From an uncultured Nitrososphaerales archaeon (GTDB lineage: Archaea > Thermoproteota > Nitrososphaeria > Nitrososphaerales > Nitrososphaeraceae), in contig CAVPXM010000053.1 in assembly GCA_963709405.1 (NCBI GenBank), forward strand, positions 107,154-171,153: 64,000 bases of DNA. Direction: 5' to 3'. A model generated the notes under the pieces. It searched no databases and was not told the DNA's origin. It saw only the letters and a program-made list of their open reading frames with translations. The first letter of the stretch is position 1, and the number at the start of each line of letters is the position of its first letter. Below, one piece after another: positions 55,496 through 64,000 of this stretch. Both the position numbers and the translations under genes were made by a program.

Positions 55496-58486
55496 TTATT
55501 CTTGCATGTAAATGGCTGGTTTGAATGGTCTCGCAAATTTGGCTTTTGATCGAGGATCATGTTTTTGTAAATCAACATCATCTTCTGAATATACCTCAAT
55601 TTGTGTTTGACTGTATCCGATTTCTGAACATATCAAAGTTGCAGCATCATTAATGGGAGATATTTCATCAAAACTTTTTATCCTTATTCTCCTATTCCTG
55701 ACGTCCATGGGATCAGATAGGACGTCTTCTATAGTCTTCCTTACCAGGTTAGGGTGGGCCTTGGATATTACGGTAGACGGATCATTAACCAACTGTCTCA
55801 TAATGTCTCCAAAGTTGGTTTTGTGCTCAAGAACTATATTTTCAATGACTTTCTGATAGATTGATGTTTTCCACTTTGCTGCCTACGTAAATAATAATCG
55901 TCGATGGCTCTATTTTGGTAACCCTTATTATGGTTTGAATATCAGAGACAAGATTCATGATTAGGTGTTCAGACTCTTCTGCTACCTGATCTATTTTACT
56001 ATTATCTACTACAGGCCATCCTCCGAAAATGATCGAAGAGGGATTTCCAATTTTTTCCCATATCTCTTCTGAAATAAACGGGGCAAATGGAGAAAGCATC
56101 CTAATTCGAGCATTTAAAAATCGGAGTGTGAAGCCAACAATTGAGGTTTCATGCCTTTTTTTAGCGTAAGCCCTCTTCTTGTACCATTGCAAATCTTGAT
56201 CAAGTGAATAAAGTAAGATATGAAGAGCTTCCCTCACCCTTAACTTATCCATACACACGGTTACCTCTGAAATGGCCTTTTGTAGTCTACTACTTAGCCA
56301 TCTGTCCTCTAACCCGTTTGAGTAGTCGTTCTCCGTTTGAGTTACATCGCTAGAACTCGAAGATTCAATTGTCATATGATAGAGATCATTCAATTTCGCC
56401 CTGATTCCTTCAAGTGCATCGAAACTAAAATCAGCATCTTGTAGAAGCTCTGCTGAGATAAGCATTGCGATACGAGTCGCGTCAGCACTGTGCTCTCTGA
56501 TGGTTGCACGTAATGGCACAATATTTCCAAGAGACTTTGACATTTTCTTTCCCTGCATCAACACAGATCCATTGACAACGATCTGCTTAGGCCACTTCTC
56601 TACTTCAAAAATTGCAACATGATTAAAGATAAAGAATGAAAGATGATTAGCAACCAGATCTCTTCCAGAATGTCTCGCATCTACAGGATAGAAGTAACAA
56701 AATTCCTCTCTGAGACCTTCCACTGAATTTAAGGGTACGTTACAATCCCTCAGCTACAGTCTCGCTCTTACCTTTCCCTAATAACACATATTCAAAAAAA
56801 GAATCGTTGATCTGATCAGTATTGAACTCTTGCCCATTCCTGCTAAGCTCTGAGTTGTATTTTGCAATTATATAATATGCCATGTAAATAACTGAATCCG
56901 AAAGGCTTTCAACAATCCACTCAGTATCCCACGGTAAATTGGTTCCGAGACCAGACTTTCTTGCACATGCCCTTTCCTTCAACCAATCAATCACGTGGTT
57001 GAATTCTTGTCTTATTTCCTCAGGTAGAATATCCATCTTGTTAATGCATTCATGTGCTAGGCTTTTCCAATTTTGATCTCCGTAATTTATAAACCATTGA
57101 TCATCCAAAATCTTAACTACGCATTCGGTCCCACACCTACATCTAACAGGCTTATTTGTCAACTCAAACATTATATCAGCAATCTTGTTCGTAACGATTT
57201 CATTCTTTACTTTGTCCTTTGCTTCTGATACAGACATTCCTACGTACTTACCAGTGTTAGACAACATCTTTCCCTTGTAAAACTCGCGCAAATACAATTC
57301 GTTAGTTGCGTCTTCCAGTTTTTTGTCAGTCTGGTTCTTTATACCATATTTCCTTATTACTTCTAGTGCAGGTATTAGATCAATATTTTGGTGATCACCG
57401 GAATTAATGATAGATATTGGATCTACTATCTGGCCTAGACTAAAATCATCCCGAGTTGACTTGTTACATTTCAGATCATCCAATGCTTGATAATCGTATG
57501 GTGCGTGAGCAGGAACCGACATTACGATCCCTGTGCCACTGTCAGGCTTGACGAACGACGCTGGATAAATCGGTACTATGTTATGTGTAACTAGGTTTTC
57601 AACACGCTTACCGATTAATTCCTTGCCACTTATTGTAGCATGTATCGAGACTTTACGATTTAGAAATTCAAGTTTTCTTGCAGCCTCATTGCTAACAATC
57701 CATTTTTCAGCGTTACCATCAAGCGATGCCAATACGTACGTCAGCTTCCGGATCGACCCAAAGATTACTGACACCATATATGGTCTCCGGTCTTAAAGTT
57801 GCAGCTGGTAGTACATAATAAATGCCATCGATCTCCAGTCCGAATTTAATTAATATGTACTCATTAAAGTCTGGCTCTACATCACCTATTGTATCGTGTT
57901 GACTAACAGGATTCTGATCGCTCGGACACCATCCAACAGGATGGGATCCCTGAACGATTAATCCCTTGCGCTTCAGCAATCTAAAATGCCAGGATATAAA
58001 CTTGGAATATAGATCATCTACAGTAGTAAACTCACGCCTCCAATCAATAGAGTAGCCCATTTCTTTCATTCCCTGTTTGATTTCACTATGAAAATATTTT
58101 GCGATATTGACTGGGTGAACGAAGCTTTGTATAACGTCATCGGGAATATTGTACACCCTCCTAAACGTATCGACTAACTCTTTATCTTGTAAAGCAACTC
58201 TGCGAGACATTGCAAGTATTGGCGTTCCAGTGTAATGGAATCCCATCGGGAACAGGACGTTGTACCCCTTCAGTCTCATGTATCGTGCATGCGCATCGGC
58301 TAGAGTGTAGGTTCTTCCGTGTCCAATATGTTGTGGAGAATTTGGATATGGATATGCCACCGTAACAAAATATTTTTTTCGTGTTGGATCAAGGTCAGCC
58401 TGGAATATTTTTTCCATCTCCCACCTATGAGACCATTTCTGTTCAAGAATATTCCAATCTATCTTACTGCCGTTGTGATTATTCAT
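55496..58486 (-). CDS. leuS: leucyl-tRNA synthetase (three +1 frameshifts at ~57745, ~56748, ~55882)
   Basis: YPYPNSPQHIGH (HIGH), ATLRPET, GTGIVMSVPAHAPYD editing domain, GKKMSKSLGN (KMSKS), C-terminal ARPFKPAIY spread over four ORFs. Confidence 0.93.
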
Positions 58487-61235
58487 CCCGATTGCCTCCT
58501 TCATCCGCGTCGCTAAACTCTTTAATCACTAATTCCTCGACTAATTTAAGAGAATCAGTTATTTTGTCCTTAAATCTACCGCCACCTTGACCAAATCTGT
58601 CATTACCTCTTCCTGATCCTCCGAGTTCGATCGAAACTCGATTGGCAATAATACCTGCTTTAATCTTCTTTCTCGCATACTCTCCGGCAAACACTATTAC
58701 TCGTAATCCTTGCTCTTTTGAAATTAAAGCTACATAGATCAAGGAAGGATCTAACTCAATTGATTTTTCTCCGATCGCGATATGATAATCATCGTCGAGC
58801 TCTTCATCATATATACTATAAACTTTAATATTCTCGTTAGTGAAATGCCTTGCAGTCTTTGAAACAGACGTTGCTACATATGGAGAGATCTTTCGGAGTA
58901 TAATCTTCATCTTTTTCTTGGTGACTTCTGTGTCATGTACCATTTTTTGAAGTGATTCGACAACCTTCTCCTTACTAGAACCCAAAGCTTGAGAAATAGA
59001 CGTAAGCTGGCTTTCCTGTCTTTGTAGGTAATTTATAGCAGCCTCCCCAGCAACAAACTCCAATCTAACAATTCCATCTTGTATCCTTTCAGATTTCGTA
59101 ATCTTAATGATCCCTATTTCTCCAGTCTTTCTCACGTGTGTTCCACCACATGCCTCAATATCCCAATTATTAATATTTACAATTCTAACAGAATTGGAAG
59201 GCACGACACCGCCTTGATAGATTCTGAATGTATAGTTCTGTTCTGCATCACCTCGATTATACGTATTAATGACAACAGGCAGATTTTGTCGAATTACATC
59301 ATTTGCAGTTTGCTCTATTTTCCATATCTCTTCTCTATTCAGAGCGGAATGGTGAGTGATGTCTAGCCTACCATACTCTTCCTCCTTGAATGCAGAATTT
59401 TGCCAGACCCATGAGCCAAGAGTATTTCTAGCTGAGGAATTGAGTATATGAGTCGCGGTATGATGTTTAGTAATTAACTCACGTCTTCTATTGTTAACTC
59501 TTCCATCAATAGTTTGTCCCTCGACAAAATTAGATTTATTTTGTAATTTGTGAATGATGATGTCAGCTTGTTTTGTAACTTCAATCACTCTTATACCACC
59601 CAATACTCCCGTATCAGGTTCCTGTCCTCCGCCACGAGGATAAAACGCGCTTTGATCTAGTATAACGTACCTATCATCGATTATTTTAATAATTGTTGCA
59701 CTGAACTCACGCATTGATACATCTTCATAATAAAGAGGCCTAGTGGAAGCAATTCCTGCTAAACTGTAAGTTTGCTTTTGAGTCTGTGTGATCGTCTGTT
59801 CTGCATGTAAGTCTGCAAGCCTGGTGTAAAACGTAGAAGGAATTTTGTCAATTGCTCCGACTTTTTCCAGAAAATCGGGAGTGATGCCATCAGATTCATA
59901 CATCCTAATCAGATCATTTACCGATAGCTCTTTATTCCCATTCTTGATAGAAGTGGCAATAGCATACATTCTTTCGTTAGTTCCCACATATCTATCAGAT
60001 TCTATTTGCAAAATTGTTCTTACGTCATCTGTATGTTCCTCAAGCTCAGGATACATCCGTTTTAAATAACCAATATGAAGATCTGTAACATCTTCGAGTC
60101 GTATATTCCATCCCATCTTCTCCAAGATCGAAATAGCTCTTCGTAGAATTACTCGTAAATTATATCCACCACCCACATTTGATGGCAGGGCTCCATCTGC
60201 GATCGCAAACAGCAACGTACGTGTATGGTCAGCAATTGTGTAAACTGCCTCATAAGGAGAAATGATCTTTGAGAGATCATCATAGGAGATTCCTAGAGTT
60301 TTTGCGATTAATGGCTTCAATGTACCAATATCATTAAATTCCTCACCGAGCTTGCTTGAGATAGCTGTAAAATATTTGGATAGCATTTCTGAATTTTCCC
60401 TAATCGCTGCTCTATCGATCAATTTTTGTACAACTGGCCCAAAAGAACAATCATAGCTAGTGGGCGTTCCCATCGTTATCCACGATAGACGCTCAAGCCC
60501 TGCTCCCATGTCAATTATCTTGTTGTCCATCACATGATAATTATTCTCGTTGCCTTCAAATTCTGTGAAAACAGCGTTGCCAAGTTCAAGCCCATTTACA
60601 TAATACTCAAGTGAATAACCAAATGCGCCGGCACCTATCCAAACATCTTCTACAAAAACGATCTCGTGAGAGTGAATTCCAAGCTTGTGGGTGAGCATTT
60701 CGTAATCTAACTCAATGCATTTATCTTTCCAATATCCACCATCCGCGTCCGCATTACACGTCTGTCCGATCATACAAAAGCCTGTATAGTGCCTACCGCT
60801 GAGACCCACATTTTCGATATCGTTGAAGCGCAAGCTCATTTGAGGAACCACAAGCGGATTAGAAGGTAGTTCAAAAACAACCTTATTATTCATGATCCTC
60901 TGAAAGTCGACGATAGATGCAATTGTGAAATACAAATCATCACGCCATCTGCACACTACTGGATATCGTCTAATTATCGAATGATTATTAGACTCAAAAT
61001 ATGATTCAATTTCTTTCCAAGCATTAATGTAATCGAGTCGCCTACTTGTAGGAGGATTACCTATGAAACTATAGCATTCGTGATCTGGGCAGAACTCACG
61101 TTCCGTCAATGACCAGAAAAACTTATCGCATTTACTACATTTCTGGCGTTTGAATCCCTCATTATCAAATAAATCTACCTTGTAATATCTTTCAGGGTCA
61201 GATGCAAATAAGGTGGAAAGTTCCCTTTTTCCCAA
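58479..61235 (-). CDS. alaS: alanyl-tRNA synthetase
   Basis: RWRDDLYFTIASI, GLELGNAVF, IDMGAGLER, YTIADHTRT, editing HHTATH and EACGGTH. Confidence 0.97.
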   Translation of the reverse strand: MGKRELSTLFASDPERYYKVDLFDNEGFKRQKCSKCDKFFWSLTEREFCPDHECYSFIGNPPTSRRLDYINAWKEIESYFESNNHSIIRRYPVVCRWRDDLYFTIASIVDFQRIMNNKVVFELPSNPLVVPQMSLRFNDIENVGLSGRHYTGFCMIGQTCNADADGGYWKDKCIELDYEMLTHKLGIHSHEIVFVEDVWIGAGAFGYSLEYYVNGLELGNAVFTEFEGNENNYHVMDNKIIDMGAGLERLSWITMGTPTSYDCSFGPVVQKLIDRAAIRENSEMLSKYFTAISSKLGEEFNDIGTLKPLIAKTLGISYDDLSKIISPYEAVYTIADHTRTLLFAIADGALPSNVGGGYNLRVILRRAISILEKMGWNIRLEDVTDLHIGYLKRMYPELEEHTDDVRTILQIESDRYVGTNERMYAIATSIKNGNKELSVNDLIRMYESDGITPDFLEKVGAIDKIPSTFYTRLADLHAEQTITQTQKQTYSLAGIASTRPLYYEDVSMREFSATIIKIIDDRYVILDQSAFYPRGGGQEPDTGVLGGIRVIEVTKQADIIIHKLQNKSNFVEGQTIDGRVNNRRRELITKHHTATHILNSSARNTLGSWVWQNSAFKEEEYGRLDITHHSALNREEIWKIEQTANDVIRQNLPVVINTYNRGDAEQNYTFRIYQGGVVPSNSVRIVNINNWDIEACGGTHVRKTGEIGIIKITKSERIQDGIVRLEFVAGEAAINYLQRQESQLTSISQALGSSKEKVVESLQKMVHDTEVTKKKMKIILRKISPYVATSVSKTARHFTNENIKVYSIYDEELDDDYHIAIGEKSIELDPSLIYVALISKEQGLRVIVFAGEYARKKIKAGIIANRVSIELGGSGRGNDRFGQGGGRFKDKITDSLKLVEELVIKEFSDADEGGNRDE

Positions 61236-61367
61236 TACCTGGCATCCGAATAAGAGACAATATTAATGCTTTTACTAATCAGTACAATTGCAAAATAAGT
61301 TTGAAGCAGTATCGTACTTTATGACTTCAAAACTATCCTTCCTAAATAGCATCAAAATGGATTAAAT

Positions 61368-62858
61368 TCAGATATACTTAGCGCATCTAAATCCTGCGAA
61401 TAGTAATCTTTCATGTGGTTTGAAATAATTTCTATAGCTATTCCTTATCTGATTGGCCGAAGTGGCGAATGATCCGCCTCTGAGTACTTTTTGGTTTATG
61501 GACCACTTATCAGTATACTCGGTGAATTTTGATCTAAACCCTGGGTAGAGGGAGTACTCTGAAGACGTCCATTCCCATACATCGCCTATCATCTGATGAC
61601 AGCCATAATAGCTCATGCCTTCAGGATATGAGCCCACATTCGTAGGGGCCCAAACATAAGATTCTAATAAGTTTGCGTGGATGTCTGGACTGGGCGGATT
61701 GTCTCCCCAAGGATAAACTGTCTTCTTTTGTAAATCTTCGTTCCAGCATGCTGCTTTCTCCCACTCAGCTTCTGTTGGAAGCCTCTTGCCAGCCCATGTA
61801 GCATATGCATCTGCCTCATAATAACTCACATTTACTACAGGTTCGTTCGCCTCAATTTCGTGCATACCACGGAAATCCTTCTTAACCCACTGATTTTCTC
61901 TGTCGCTACTATGATTTTCCTTATGTTCCCAATATAGAGGAGCCTCCCATCCATGCTCCTCTACTTGATCCCATCCGTCGGCAAGCCAGTATTTATAATT
62001 GTGATATCCATCATCGTTGATAAATCTAACATAGTCTCCATTAGTAACAGGGAATACATCCATTTTATACCGTTGAAGATATGTTTTATGTTCAGGCAGC
62101 TCATTATCATAACAAAATCCCTTTCCATGGAAGCCCAATTCATACAAGCCATCGCTTATCGTTACCATATCTAATACTCTTGTGACCTTATTTTTAGTCT
62201 CGCCATATTTATTACGAGAGGAACTTTGAGATGGTAATCGTTGTGACCTAGAGGGTGCTAATTTCATTCTGATGGGCTTATAGTTATCTTCCGAATCTCG
62301 AAAGCGTTGAAAATAATGCTGAAAATCATAGATCATTAGTTCCTGATGTTGCATTTCATGCTGATTTCCCAATAATATATCATATTTTAATTCCTCGAGC
62401 GTTTCTTTGTCGATGTGTTGATCTAACTGCTTTTGTTCCTCTTCCTTAAGGAAGGAAATAACGTTTTCATCTATGAAGGTTCTATAGCGTAATGTCTGTT
62501 CAACAGTCGGTCTAGGAAATTTTCCGCGTTCAGCTTTCGGAAGTATATTTCCAAATCTCTGATAATAAGAGTTCAAGTATTCTAGGTTAATAGGGTCAGC
62601 GTATGTTTGATTCAGCATTCTACCATGTCTTTCCAATATTTTGTGGAAAAACCAGCTGACATGAGCTAGGTGCCAATTAGGTGGACTCCCAAAAACATGA
62701 GATTGTATAACTGCATCCTCAATACTTAAAGGTTTGAAGATTTCTAGTGTCCTAGTTCTTACCACGTTGAAAACTTTAACTAGTTCATCTAAGCTAATAT
62801 TTTCAATTGAGTTAGCAGATTCATATATAGCTTCATTATCTGATCCAATCTGCTTCAT
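61368..62858 (-). CDS. egtB: ergothioneine biosynthesis sulfoxide synthase EgtB-like (DinB_2 + FGE-sulfatase)
   Basis: SPPNWHLAHVSWFF, NSYY, RPTV, iron motif HEMQHQELM, FCYDNE, RLPTEAEWE, GDVWEWT, VLRGGS, SYRNYF, FAGFR. Confidence 0.88.
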   Translation of the reverse strand: MKQIGSDNEAIYESANSIENISLDELVKVFNVVRTRTLEIFKPLSIEDAVIQSHVFGSPPNWHLAHVSWFFHKILERHGRMLNQTYADPINLEYLNSYYQRFGNILPKAERGKFPRPTVEQTLRYRTFIDENVISFLKEEEQKQLDQHIDKETLEELKYDILLGNQHEMQHQELMIYDFQHYFQRFRDSEDNYKPIRMKLAPSRSQRLPSQSSSRNKYGETKNKVTRVLDMVTISDGLYELGFHGKGFCYDNELPEHKTYLQRYKMDVFPVTNGDYVRFINDDGYHNYKYWLADGWDQVEEHGWEAPLYWEHKENHSSDRENQWVKKDFRGMHEIEANEPVVNVSYYEADAYATWAGKRLPTEAEWEKAACWNEDLQKKTVYPWGDNPPSPDIHANLLESYVWAPTNVGSYPEGMSYYGCHQMIGDVWEWTSSEYSLYPGFRSKFTEYTDKWSINQKVLRGGSFATSANQIRNSYRNYFKPHERLLFAGFRCAKYI

Positions 62859-63742
62859 TATTTCAAGTAATGGTCTTGAAGTAAATATAATTCATTAGCT
62901 AAGTATTAATTATAAAAGTGTATAAGTCTAGCTTTTCACCAGGATCAAAGAACTCAAAATTGCATGCTTAAAAAGTATCTTTACATTAGAATTGTGTTTT
63001 ACTATTCTCATATACAATGCATGATTTCATGGTTTTGTATATTACATTATAATAGTTATTTTATTATAAAGATAGGCTAAACAATCGTTAATAATGGAAT
63101 ACAGCGGTCATTAAGACTCCTTAACGATGCAGACAAGACCTTGACCGTGTCCCTATTGCTAGTACAACGTAAATAAGTCTTATCACCATCTATCGACATA
63201 AAAAAACCGATATAAACGGGGTCATCTCTATACTAATAAATGAGTAATTAAAGCAGCGTTTCCTATAAAAATAAGGATTTCTCTCTTAGGCTTTGTTAAC
63301 TCAGTGTGTTCTAGTTAGTACTGTTAACGAGTGGTCATAAGTCGTGGTTTTTAAATACATTATCTACTGAGAATTGCATTGAAGCAAACTATCAGTGTTG
63401 GTATAACCACTATGATTCTTTTAACCCGACTGACATAGTATATGCCTAGAGGCCAATCAAACGGAAAACAATTCAGGTCATACGATTCAGGGTCGTTACA
63501 ACTAATTTGACTTGATGGCCAAATATAATACAACAAAATTTTTGAACATCGTTCAGGTAAGGGTGGTTAGGCGTAAATCACTAGAGATAATACGACGAAA
63601 TGTCCATACTCATAATGAAGTATAAAAGTCAGAATAATGAACCGAGAACGTGGCGCTTTAGCTTATATCAACTTGTAGGAACAGAGATCAGATGTAAATT
63701 AGCTGTATATGATTTATCCATTTTTGCATGGGTTCATAGTAT

Positions 63743-63975
63743 CTATTTTCCTACTACTAGGTTATATTTTACTGCTAATGTATGAGGAGGCTCGGGATTG
63801 GGTTTAAGTGGAGAAGGTGGAATAACTGGAGAACTTCCTGAAAACGTAAAGACATGGTTACCACTTGACAGTGGTTTCAAGAAAATAATATAAGTGTCAG
63901 CCGCCGAACGAGTCGGCCCACCTTTCACACCCCAGATATTATGTGCTGGAAAATTGACATCAAAAGTGACAACAA
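63743..63975 (-). pseudogene. C-terminal part of a thaumarchaeal secreted protein (upstream part interrupted or outside the window)
   Basis: FDVNFPAHNIWGVKGGPTRSAADTYIIFLKPLSSGNHVFTFSG; in-frame stop just upstream. Confidence 0.5.
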
Positions 63976-64000
63976 GTCAAATTGAGGATTGCTATAATGA

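Noticed and set aside
55496-58486. Naturally split or inactivated LeuRS
   Set aside because: Each break is repaired by removing a single base, and the same pattern affects rpl11 and others; sequencing error is the simpler explanation
1-64000. CRISPR array or cas operon associated with the Cas4-like gene
   Set aside because: No regularly spaced repeats or other cas genes seen by eye anywhere in the window

Overview
AT-rich archaeal chromosome segment, almost certainly from an ammonia-oxidising thaumarchaeote of the Nitrososphaerales type. The assignment rests on the DnaJ-ferredoxin fusion, group II chaperonin, Spt5, archaeal DtdA, futalosine-pathway MqnC/MqnE, dCache histidine kinase, intron-containing tRNAs and many TTG/GTG leaderless starts. 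Housekeeping genes (pepF, guaB, smc, spt5, rpl11, thermosome, pyrH, tmk, tatA, leuS, alaS) alternate with gene-poor accessory stretches. These hold pseudogene fragments, microproteins missed by the ORF track and one IS481-family element with well-defined ends. Most notable observations: (i) tRNA-Leu(CAG) and initiator tRNA-Met each carry two BHB-type introns, three of the four at non-canonical positions. (ii) An 842-aa membrane-anchored protein combines a class-I-phosphodiesterase-like HD domain with an apparently degenerate TrmB-like methyltransferase fold. (iii) Eight +1 frameshifts occur in conserved genes, seven of them next to GTAC or AGCT, suggesting methylation-linked sequencing errors. 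(iv) Also present are an OSTC/OST3-like membrane protein, a solo Cas4-like nuclease with paired upstream palindromes, EgtB, and several Zn-finger or acidic microproteins. No CRISPR array or rRNA was seen. No complete multi-gene novel system could be demonstrated from the sequence alone.
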